Assembly (NCBI GenBank): GCA_036172245.1 | Contig: JAYWIR010000031.1 | Location: 1,302,001-1,366,000, forward strand | DNA: 64,000 bases | Direction of reading: 5' to 3' | From: Raillietiella orientalis | Lineage: Eukaryota | In this document: in pieces, positions 24,800 to 36,099 of the stretch | Numbering within the stretch: position 1 is the first letter of the stretch | Layout: every line of letters begins with the position of its first letter | Notes under the pieces: model-generated | What the model was told of the DNA's origin: nothing | What the model saw: only the letters and a program-made list of their open reading frames with translations | Databases searched by the model: none | Translations under genes and position numbers: made by a program

Positions 24800-27700
24800 G
24801 CGGGAGGCGCTTGGCTTCACAAGGAGGAGGGGAACAGCGAGGTAGCAGGGTCTCCCCGACCCACTTCCTCTTCAGTCGACCCCCGGCACGGGAGATACCG
24901 TCCTTTGCTTGTTTGGTCCAGGGGAGGCCACTTCTCTGCTCATGTGATGGTGAAGAGAAACTTTTCCCAGCTGGGGAGAGCTGTCACAGCTCCGTGGTGC
25001 GGTGTCGCTGCCACCGCTACCACAGCCAGCTGACGCTTGGGCGAGAAACACGCCCCCGAAACGCTCTCGCGTTGCCGCAGAGACACAGAGAGAAGATCCC
25101 GCCAGACATTTGCTCCCTTCCTGAGGAAGCAGCGCTGAGGCCTGGAAACAGGCGCAACATGGATCCTTGCTATGCGTGGACCAGGTTCGCGTGGTTTCAC
25201 GGTTTGGAGAGGAGCGCTCCCGATTAGTCCACGAATGATCCCAGGCGTTCTCCCGCCCCCGCTGTCACACGGGGCCGTTGCCTTGGACCGTCTCGCATCA
25301 GGGAAAGAGCGACCTGACAGATGCGTTGCCTTGAGAACGGAGGAGGGCGACCTGGAAACCTGGAAACGGCGTATTCAGCTTCCGGCGACGCGTTCGGCAT
25401 CTCCTCGGCTCGGATAACCAAGGAACGAGCCCTCCGCGGTGGCGGGCTGCGAGCCTCTCCAGACAAGAAAAGGTCGTTCCCGACGGAACGCGCTGGGATG
25501 CTCTGGGTGCCACCTGCCACTGCCGATACCCTTCCCAGAGCGCCCTGGTGACATTCCTTGGGCGACGCTGCTCAAGCCCGCATAACCCTCATTCATTCAT
25601 CGTCTGCCTGCGACCCCTTCTCCCGGCCCCTCAGCATCCTGGTCTCGCGATCTCGTGGGCGCCACAGCACCTCAGGCAGCGCGCCACTTCTGCTCGTGCA
25701 GCGTGAGGAGCTCAGGCTGAGGAGGGAGACGTTGACTTGCTTCCGGAACGTTCCAGAGGGATCCACCCTCCCCAGACTCTCCTCCTTCCTTAGCACGACG
25801 CTGGCCGCCCTTAGGGCCAATCGGCTCTACCCTTTCTGTTGGCAGCTGCTCTTCCCTGAGAGGGTGAAGCAACGATTTCGTTCCGGGTCTCCCGCAAGTT
25901 AAGGAGGAGTGAGTGTCCATCTTGGATGGACACTCCTCCTTAACTTGCGGGATGCACAAGGAACAGAGGTGATGTCCTACGATTCTCCTCCTGCGTTCCC
26001 GGTCCAGGAATTCACAGGTGTTCACCTGCTCGAGGAGCTCAAGGACTCAGCTTCCTGATCTTCTCCAGTCCAGGGGTTAGTTTCATCCTCCACAGTCGTC
26101 TGCGGGGTCGGATGGCGACTCACGGAGACGCAAGGGTCTGTCTTACTGACACCCGCGTCTCTGTGAGCTGCTGACTGGGCTATGCCTCCGACCGCAGCGC
26201 CACCTGGCAGGCAGAGGCGTCACCGGAAGGCATCCTGGACCTCTTTCTCCTTCATCCTTAGGAAGGCTGGAAGGGGAAGTTGAGGAGTAAGATCTGCACC
26301 TTTCCACGCCTTACCGCCTTACCGTGCAGCGCCATCGCTCCCTCCCTCAGGGTGGCTAGGAACTCGAAGCCAGTCGTGACCGAGGCAACCCCGCCTCACG
26401 CGAGGACCTTTTCCTGTCCTTCTCTTCCCACCTGCTCAGGAGGAAGAAGAAGGTCGTGTCCTTGGATCCTTTACGTGGATTGGCAATACGCGGTGATGGG
26501 CGGGGCGGTGGTGGCCGCTCTCCTAGCAACGCTCCCTGCCTCGCTTGCCGGCAGTGCGGGGGCGTGCAAGCGCAGGAGCGAAATAAAGTTCTCATCAGGG
26601 AGTCCACGTGCCTCCTCCCTTCCTGGGCTCACCCTCACCCTCGTCCCCTTCCGTGAGAGAAGGAGAGGCGTCTGTCACTCCAGGAGAGAGAAAGAGAGAA
26701 GGGATCTCCCTCGGTCCCGGAATAGATGCTGCAGGAGGGCCTTTTCGGCGTGGGGGACACCAGGAGCAGGAGGGACTGGAAAACGTACCTCGCCTTGTGT
26801 TGGCGGGCAGAAGACCGCGAACGAGGGGGGAATAGCCCTGATCAGGCACTGCTCTGGAGCTCAGAGAGGTCACGGGTCGGTACAGGGGAAGGCGGAGGCG
26901 GTTTCTTGGAAGGCCGGCCCAGTGCCTGCCGACGAGAAGGATCTGCGGGTCGTCGCCACATCCACGATGGTTATTAGTCACCCTAGGGTACGATCATGGG
27001 CGTCTCAGTCTCCCCGTGGTTTCTCCGATGCAGAAGGAGGAGGGACGTTTTCCGGTCGTCTCTCCTGCGGTCCGGAGACTTATCGGAAGGGCGCAGGGCT
27101 TTGGGCCGCGTCCTTCTGAAGCTCTGGGCGCGCGGGGAGATGCCACATGCGAAAGAGCCGATGGGGGCAGACAGACGGGCAGCACGTTCCCCCCCCCCTC
27201 CCCCCCCCCCTCTCCGTGCCAAGCTTTCTCCTCTTCTCTTCCTTCTCGTCTTCCTCCCTCCCGGGAGGCGACGAGACTCCGCCCCCGGCTATTTATAAAG
27301 CAAGATCTTGGCCAAATGGGGAGGTTGTGCCGGGATCCTGCAGCGTCCCGAGCACTCCAGCAGCAGCAACTCGAAATATCTCCCTCCCTTGCCCGCGGCT
27401 GCGACGCGCGCCAGCACGAGAGGGCGGAGGAGCGACGGCGAGGGCGGAGCCACCGCAGCCCCTGACCCTTGATGACTCCGAGACGGGGCCTTTCTCTTTC
27501 TATCTCTCGACCCAACCTGCGCTTGGCCCTCTGTCCCTTTCTTCCCGCCAGGCAGGGGTCGTCATGATCACAATTGAACACTTCGAAGCCAGGGGTCGTA
27601 GGGGGGGTAGACGGGTGGTACCCAAAGGCGCGCCAACGCGGGGACCGGAGACCCGCCAAGGACTTCGCTCGCCTTCCTCCAGGCTCGTCGCCGGGAAACA

Positions 27701-28100
27701 CCCTTTCTCCAGTTTCCTCTGGACTTTCCCTTCGGGCATGAGTTTTCGCTCGGGGGCTCTCTCCACGGGGACTCGTGACCTCCTTCCAGATGGCCGTTCC
27801 CCCCCTCCCCCCCCCACCCTTCCCCGAGTGAGACGGAAGGCACTCCGAGTCGCTCCCATTTCCATGGCAGGGCGGCTGCCAACAGGAGCGCCTTCCTTTT
27901 CCTTTCGTCAACTCCAAAAAAACCCTCAAGGCGAGAAAGAGGTTGCTCTGAATCCTTTCCCTGGCCCTTGCCAGCCCTAAAAAACCCATCTCGGGGTACG
28001 TCTGGTTGCTACCGACAATCTGCCCGAGATCCTCCGCCACGGATGACTTCGCATGCTGCTTCTTTGGTTACTCCTTCCGACTAACGCTCGGAGGCAACCT
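24800..28100 (-). mobile_element. Decayed L1/Tx1-like element (ORF1 trace + EN + RT)
   Basis: CWQPPCHGNGSDSEC (knuckle-like, about 27870), RVTNNHRG and AFQET (EN, about 26980-26900), CSIYSG (about 26725), EESLGRVD (KAFDRVD, about 25775), VWRDLLSVSLRQR...FSPK..P...KFLF (post-RT, about 25110-24955). Confidence 0.65.
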
Positions 28101-28512
28101 TGCCCCATGGACCACGACGGCAGAGTCCACGAACACGCCCCTTTCTCTCCAGGAAAACCGGGAACGAAATCGTTGCTTCACCCTCTCAGGGAAGAGCAGC
28201 TGCCGACAGAAAGGGTAGAGCCGATTGGCCCTAAGGGCGGCTAGCGTGGTGCTAAGGAAGGAGGAGAGTCTGGGGAGGGTGGATCCCTCTGGAACGTTCC
28301 GGAAGCAAGTTAACGTCTCCCTCCTCAGCCTGAGCTCCTCACGCTGCGCGAGCAGAAGAGGCGCGCTGCCTGAGGTGCTGTGGCGCCCACGAGATCGCGA
28401 GACCAGGATGCTGAGGGGCTGGGAGAAGGGGTCGCAGGCAGACGATGAGTGAATGAGGGTGGTGCGGGCTTGGGAAGCGTTGCCTAAGGAACGCTACCAG
28501 GACGCATGGGAG
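25533..28512. repeat. Long inverted repeat: arms about 25533-25884 and 28161-28512, spacer about 2.3 kb
   Basis: Manual reverse-complement comparison gives 8 substitutions over the first 300 nt (28161-28460); identity drops in the outer 50 nt. ORFs 25593..25820(-) and 28225..28452(+) translate almost identically. Confidence 0.95.
25890..25952. repeat. Fold-back hairpin: 28-bp stem, 3-nt loop, one 4-nt bulge
   Basis: tcccgcaagttaaggaggagt[gagt]gtccatc-ttg-gatggacactcctccttaacttgcggga. Confidence 0.95.
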
Positions 28513-29700
28513 CTCGGAGGAGACGGCATCGTCTGCTCCCTGAACCAGTTGCTGGAGGTCATTTCTTCAGCGTCCTCTTGACCCGTTCGCTGCCATGCCT
28601 GCAGCGAACAGAAGACTCCCGATCAACACGAGCACTGATCGAGCGGGCCGCGCTGCTGACGTCGGATCCGACCATCTTCGGCTCCTGGTTGTCTCTTCCC
28701 TCTTCCCCATCCATGCAGCGATTCGAGCTGGGCGATCCGCGAGCGCTTCGGCGGCTCCCGAGATCTCCAGGGGTCCTGCGGATGGAGGATGCTGGCGCGA
28801 CTCCCCTGAACAAGGACGGACGACCTCCGCCGCTGACGCTTCCCCCGGTCGCTCGTGGTTGCCCCGACGAAGGGTCTACCAGGGCCACGCTGGTAGATCC
28901 GTTTGCTGTGCTGCTGCTTTCATCCTCTCTTGGCTTCAGCGACTGTGCTAAGCTTCGACCTTCCCTTAGAACCTCGAGAGACAAAGTAACCACACAGGAA
29001 GGAGCACGGGCGAACGAACCGTCTTGCATGGTTCAGAAACGGCGTGGCATTTTGTCCGGAAACGCATCTCTCTTAATAGAGGACAGCCGCGATGGACACG
29101 GTAGATGGATGGAAGGAGTAAAGAGAGTGCAGGGATTTCGGAAGACCAGCAATATGGGGGCCAAACTTCTCCGAGTTTCGAGAAGCCTTTCGATAGAGAG
29201 TCATCGCAGGATGCGGTCCAAATTGCAGTGATCCGGACTGCAAGCTTAAGGAACCTAAAGCAAAATGCCTTTTCTCTTGAGATGTCACCAGAGATTTTTC
29301 CTGGAAGAAGCGCAATGCATGCTGACGCTCTTTCCGGAAGCAGGCGTGTGCCTTTCTAAGACGAAAAGCATGCACGTAGACTGTTTGGTGCCGCCAGGTA
29401 GGCAGGACTTCTTGCTACACTTTCTTTTGCCTCCTGTGAAGGTGCAAAGGGAACGCGCGATGCTGGAGTCATTGTTTCCACTTGCCATCTTCTATGGGAG
29501 TGAGGCGGTGGAGGATCGAATCGATCCGTTTCTTCTCCTCCCGACCCTGGCTCCATCGCACGGTTCGTGCCATCGCTTTCAATTCCTCCGAGTTTCAGGG
29601 ACTCACGAAAAGTCGAAAAAAGGATCCACCCTGACGGAAGTTTCCGTCCATCGCAGTGGGAAAGCGTCTCCCTTGCGAATATCGGCGTAGGGATCATCAC
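28160..29700 (+). mobile_element. Decayed L1/Tx1-like RT-to-C-terminus fragment
   Basis: Starts with the inverted-repeat arm (RT region). LLTSDPTIF at the YADD position (about 28660), RATLVDPFAVLLLS (about 28885), DCLVPPGRQDFLLHFLL (zf-RVT-like, about 29380-29430). Confidence 0.55.
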
Positions 29701-31900
29701 AAGTAATGACGCGACTCGTGACGGGGGTAAGAGTTTTTCCATCATCAGTACAGCCTTTTTTTAGGTACCTTTTCGGAAATGCGACAGTTTTTTCTACGTC
29801 CACACGGTCGTTGGCGGCCGCGTAGTTCTTCTTCATCTGCAGCCTCGCTCTTCGCTCTTTCATTACGAGGGCTAGCCCAACTGAAGTTTCTAGTGCACGT
29901 CCGGGATATATATATATTTTTTTTATCATGATAAAGAGGAATACATAGCAACGCTTTGTGGTTTTGTTTTTTTGCTTTACATAGTTCCATAGGGAGAGGG
30001 GAGAGTTGTCCATAATCTCAACAGTTCTCCAGTCTCCTTCGAACAGCTTCTTCGGTGTCATTCTTTTGATCCTCTCGACCACCTCGTCGGGGACGCTTTG
30101 TCATGACGTAGGCTCCAACCCCTCCGATGAGTCATGACGTAGGGGTTGTCGGGTGGCAACAGTTTTTAGGATGTTCCGAAGAGAACTTTGCGGTAGTTCG
30201 CGCTGCCTGTGATGGGCGTGTCTCGTGCAGGAACGAGGACGGGCCGCCTGCAGGAGACGGTGGTCCGCACCTAATCTCTGATGAGGAGGAAGTGGCTGGA
30301 GGCACAATGATGGTCAGTGCAAGACGTGACCCTCCACCCCGGTCTGAGTGACCTCCCAAGGACATGTCCTCTTGAGCTGCAGTGCAATCCAGGGACGACT
30401 TCCTCCGTAAGGTCCCCTCGAAGGTGGGTCTGCTGATGGTGGCTTTTGATCCGCCATCACCGAACATCCAGGCTGACCCCGCACTGTCATCTACTGTGAC
30501 CTCCTACATGAACCCTTCCGAGACCGTCATCGGTTGGAGCCTTTGAGAATCCCATCCTCGTATTCTGCGTGCCTAAGAAGCGCTGAATGTTCGATGGCGC
30601 CGTTCTTTTCTGATGCCTCTTTCCACGTCTCTTAGGGAATCTGCGGCTGTTTCAGCATTTCGCCTCTTGCGGGGTTCCAAGATCTCCAGGCAAACGCAAT
30701 CCCCTGCTGGCGCGAGGACTCCTCTGGAAGCGGAGAGCCAGTCCTTGATCCCCAGTTATCTTCGACGTTTGATAAGCAAGCTTGCGGCCATAGCAACGGC
30801 AGCGGTGCAAACAAAAAACGAGTAAAGGAGGAGTGGAAACACAGTAATCGCAAGCACTGCGAGGATGAAAGCAGCAACACAGCAAAGGCAGCAGTGGTCC
30901 AGCGTGCTACAGTACAGTAAGGTTCCTCGTGGTGCCGGTTGTCCAGGGTTGCGACGCCTCCACTTCGACCGTCCGTTTCTCCGGAAGTTGAGATCTGGCT
31001 GCGCCGAGTCTCAAGTAACGGGGACGACGCAAAGGGGCGCGAAATTCGGGAGGACGGAGCGACGGTAGGGAAAAAACAGGGAGCTCGCTGGAGGCGCGCC
31101 CACTTCACGAAGGCGGGAAAGAAGTTCCAGGGTTCCGAGCGCGGGCATTCGTAACGCTGAAGGTCAGCTTCCACTGACATGAATTCGTCAAAACCCGCTC
31201 GGAAGGAAACAGTGATGTCATTCGTGGCACACGCAGGATTTCTGATCTCGTTGGTTCCTTTGTGCATCCAAAGTTCAGCTTCTAATTTTTCAGGTGTTCC
31301 TCTCCAGGGTGGAGGCCGAGGGTGGAATTTCAAACGCGGTCAGAAAATGAAAGACGTTGACACCCAATCGTTTTCCAGCCCATGAACGTAGCAGAAGTGG
31401 AAACCACCATCTTGCTTCTAGGATCTGAAGCAGATCCTAGAAGGTGGTGACTAGAACTTCCATTTGGCCAAAGAACCCCGTGGAAAAACTCTTGTCTTCA
31501 TGTTTACTTTTCAGGTTGCTCCATCAGTGATGCTCCTCGGATCATGATGGCACCTTCACCTCCTACTGACGAGACCTTAGACCTTAATTGAGACTTTCCC
31601 AGGGTCCTGAGGCTACCTCAGCAGGGTTCGAATCCGACTACTTTGGAGAAGGCTCCATGCCTGCGATCGGTTAAGATTCACCTTGATTCGAAGATTCTGG
31701 AAACCGGCGCTGATCAGAGGTTCTTGGACGCTAGGGACGAGTACCTCTGGACACCGTTTCCCAGGAGAAATGTTCCATAGATCTCTTTGTTGTACCATTT
31801 TACCAATCGAAAAGCTGAAGGTCGTCCACCCTCCTGAAAATCAGAGGGCTTCGGCCGCAGAAGGAAATCCGTGCACAACAAACCACAGGAGGCAAAAACT
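29650..31900 (-). mobile_element. Decayed L1/Tx1-like RT-to-C-terminus remnant
   Basis: AGFQNLRIKVNL (GF...R.I.DNI, about 31700), ACATNDITVSF...VEADLQRYE...WN (YADDI.V...L..YE...N, about 31230-31125), AFAVLLLSS..FTRFLF (about 30890-30810). Confidence 0.6.
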
Positions 31901-33199
31901 CCCTGGACAAACGCAGAACTTCCTTTCATCCGCAGGTCACTTCGTTTCAAAGGACAGCCGAAAATACCACTCCTGATGCATGGTGTGCTTCACACAACGA
32001 GTGGAGCACGTTGTTTCTGAGACGATCTTAACGAAACGAACTGAAACGAATCGATCAAGAGAGTCGGTGCTGAAGAAACTCCATGCTGAGAGTCGGGAAG
32101 TCAGAACTTCGTTTTATGGTTCCCCTTGATCTTCCTGGGATCGGGCTAAATAAGGAAGCATTGCTGTGCGTATAGAATGGGGTCACGTGGCATGGCGGAG
32201 TGATGCAACTTTTCGATCTGTGTCCTCATCTTCAAGCTCGGATAGTTCAAGATGGCTGCTTGCGAGCTTTTCCGGGACACATAGTGTTTAGTGAAGGGTA
32301 GGTAACGGTTAGCCATCAGTTGTTCTATGCAAATTGAAGAAGCTACTTGGTTTTTTGTGAATTTTATTTTTACTTATTGAAAAAAAAAAAATATTTTTTT
32401 TTTCTTGTTCCGGATTTCCACAAACAAACATCAGAAGAATTATTTTTGTCTCAGCAAGTAAACAGTCTCAATAAAAAAATCGCACCTCGCCGTCTGTTTT
32501 CGCCTCTTTTTTTCTTCGAATTAAATGAGGATTAAGATGAACGAGTGCGGGATGAAATTTTATGCGTCTTGGGCAGACTAGCTCGAGGCGATCAAATTCG
32601 ATTTCCGCATAGATCTTCAGCGGTTTATTTCCAATTTCAGCTCACTCAGATAATGTGCGCGCACATTGGAGTTTACGCATTGCAAGAAAGATTTCGTCAC
32701 ACGATACCACAAGATCAGTCAAGAAATCATCATCAAGTCTCTGCTTTTCCTCTATGGAAAGCGTAATTCATTCCAAGTTCCATCCCAAGTAAAGAAGGAA
32801 GTCGAGTATGCATGAGCGACCAACTGAACGAATTGAGTCTGGCTCTTTCTCTGCACCTTGGAAATGTGGCGTGTGATGTTCCTGATAATGTACGGAGGAT
32901 CAGGACGATGCTCGCAATGTACTTTAAGGTTTGCAACCATTGCAGCAAGTGACAGGTGGAAATGCATTTGTGATGCTGAGCACAGAAGATTGTGTGTGTG
33001 TGTGTGTGTGCTCTCAGCATTCCTTTCAAGCTGAAAAGCAGGTCTTGTGTGTGAGTGTGCAGCACATTCCAAAAAAAAAAAGACTTGAAAGATGTCAGAC
33101 GTTTCTTCTTGGACCAGTGGTTCCATACGCTTTCAATTATACGAAATCCATACGAGTTCAGGGCGACCTACCATCTGTATCCAGAACTTTAATTACGAA

Positions 33200-35900
33200 T
33201 CCAGACCCTTTGAATTATCCGCATGGATAGCGAGTTCGTATGCACGAGGGAACCAACAAGTCCTTTCTCTTCGTTCTTAAAACGATGAGTGGGTGCGCCT
33301 TGCTGAGGCCCAGCCCGACGTGGGTTTCAAGACTTCTAGAAGATTTTCTCTTCCCGTCATTGCCGTCAAAAAAAAAAAAAAAAATCCGCTCTCATAGAAA
33401 CAGACAAAGCCATTCTTTCCTACTGTGTTCGAAAATTGGCTGCAGCCACATCTGTCGAAACGAATGCATTCCAAAACGATTCGACACAGAGAAGAAGGAG
33501 AAAAAATGCCTAGAGCTTGTTTGAGATTCAAATTCACCAAGGGCGACGAGCTTGAATCCTGATGAACAAATGATCGACAGCACACGACTTTCGCGTTCCC
33601 AAGTAAACACATACTTCAACCACAGAGGGGGAGCTCAACAAAATCCTCAGCAGCTCTTGGCAGCCCGCCAGAGGCCACCTGGGAATCTCAACATCCCTGT
33701 CTTCCAGTGCACGACGTTCAACTCAGCACATTAAATAAAAAGCAAAAGTATTACACATGAGCACGTTAAATGGATAATACTCGTGGAATCTGATGGAAAC
33801 CACCAGGCAAGGGTGAGGCAGCACAACCACGTAACGTCAGTGACGCTAAGAATCTTCGATGTTAACGCTTTCCTCTTTTATCGGAAAACGAAGCCGTTGG
33901 CCTTGTTCGCGGGTCAAAGCAGCCAAATCACCAAGCGCCCGGCTTGGTGATTTTGGCACACATCCGCCACGCGTCAGCGCATTTTCCAGCTCTCAAGTCA
34001 GCAAGCATCTCGTGGCAATGCAGCAGGGAACGGAGGCGTGTTGGACTCCTGAGAAACTAGCGAGGCTGTGGTCCAAGGAACCCAAAGCTAAGCTTTTCGA
34101 AACGTGGTTGTCAGCCTTACTGAGGAGGAGTTTCCCTTTGGCATGCAATCCACATGCCTCGGCGTTCGAACGAAAAGGAAACCTAAATTCGGCAAGCAGT
34201 TTCCCAAGTTCAGTCGTGATCTAGAAGAAGGAGGAGAAGAGAGTGAAATAAACGCTTCTGAAATTTAACGATTTGCTGAGTAATCACGGCACCCCTTTCG
34301 GGCTTTCATGAGCAAATTGGAAAATCATCCTTCTGAGACGCTGAGACTGGATAGCCATTTTCTTATCGTCAAGGCCCTTCACATGCTCACGCTGCCAGTT
34401 GTCTCAAAAGGAACTTTGGACTGCCTACGGCGCTCGGGAGCAGACTCAAACTCAGTTCCCAGTTTCTGAGGACGAAGGAAGGTGGATATGACGAAATGGC
34501 CAAACAATGACGATCTCTATCTCAAATCCAAACATGACGTTTCAGTTCCGGCACAATCTACTTCCAGACGCTCATTTCCAGACTTAAAGACTAGTGAAAC
34601 GACACCATCATTGCGTTCATTCGAAGCAGGGATGAGAGAGCCCACGTCGTCTGCACCACGAGCCTCCCGTTCCGCTTCCTTGAGTAACTACTACGAAAAG
34701 GAAAATTCTCAGGGATCAAGTCGTGGTGATGCCTTCGTTATTCGACGCTGGGTCGGATGCAGGGGAAATCTGCTTCGTTTGGAACGGCAAGTTTGCAGAC
34801 GAAGGGACTGCGTGCGATGGAGGGTCAAAGACGCCAGGGGAAACTTTGGGTAAAACAAACACGCGCCATCCCTCTTCGATCGCTGCGCCTACATAGAAGG
34901 CAATCAACACCTTTCTTCTGGAGAAACCGAATGCCAAAAAATGCGCATGCTCGGCTTTTGAAATCCTCTTCCTAAGGAGGATCAGGATGAGGGTCGTCAA
35001 GAGATGAGTGAAGCTCTCAATCTGCACCCTTCGACTGATATCGCACACTCTAATCTCCGCCTTCCTTTTAGGCCTTTAATTCGGATGGCTTGCCTTTTTT
35101 TTTTTTTTTTTTTCTACCTACAGGAAACTCCATTGTAAAAAAACAAAAAAACACACACACACATCTCAGACGCTTGTCCCATCCACACTGCTTCATTAAC
35201 ACGATTTTGAGCCATTTGTCAGCAACACAAGAATGTCTTTTGATTGTCCTGTGTCCTCGAGAGTCCTTTTTTCGAAAAGAAAAAAAAAAAAAAACGGTTG
35301 CTTCTGATGCCGTGACAGTCACAGCGCACTTGAACGGCTGCATGATGCCGGTGATCACTCAGGTTACGACCTCGCTGAGCTGGATTGAAGGTGCATAACT
35401 CTGCCACCGACTCGATCGGCATCTTCAAATAAATGAGAGCTCCACACACACACACTCGCAGACATGCAAACCTTTGGAGGGCAACAGCTCTGTGAAAGGG
35501 CGTCTGGGGTACTCCGAGCAGCATGCGCTAATTTCAGGCGAGCTCTTTAAAATGTTTCCATCATGGAGCCGCGCTCCATTTGAAACCACTCGTTCTGCGC
35601 TCTTTCTCAGCACAATCATCTTTGTTTCCTGAAAGCCGTTGCTACGGATGCAAAGTTTGGGTGTGTTTTCCATGACGCGGAACCGTCTACATCCCCATCA
35701 ATTATCGCAGTGCACAGCACTAAGGCCTCTTCGAAAAAATGCCCATCACCAAATGAGCACTATTCACCACTCCAAGCGAATGCTCTAAGCTCTCTTGTCT
35801 GGACTTATTTTTTCCGTCGATGCTTTCCGATCCCCAAATGCGACGCTGACAAGAAAACACAGCGGCGGCACGAGCTCTTCCCTTTTTCGCGAAGCCGAAA
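33200..35900 (+). mobile_element. Very decayed L1/Tx1-like ORF2 remnant
   Basis: SRSQVNTYF (SRIDY.F, about 33595), GKRSRW (about 33885), KVDMTKWPN...SRR..LK.....LRSFEAG (about 34480-34630), DAFVIRRW (about 34730), STDIA (about 35032). Confidence 0.4.
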
Positions 35901-36099
35901 GCGCCGGAGCTTCTGACGTCGGAGGATTCCTCTCGCATGAAGCGCAATAAACCCGGGAGCACGGGTTTAATGTATTGCCCAAGCTCCCTCATCGACGGCT
36001 CTGGTGCTCTGGTGGTGCCACGCGTTGTTACGAGCAAGATCCCGCCAGCTGCGCAACCGGAAACGAACTGTCGCATCGCTCGAATGGAGCTCTTTCTGT

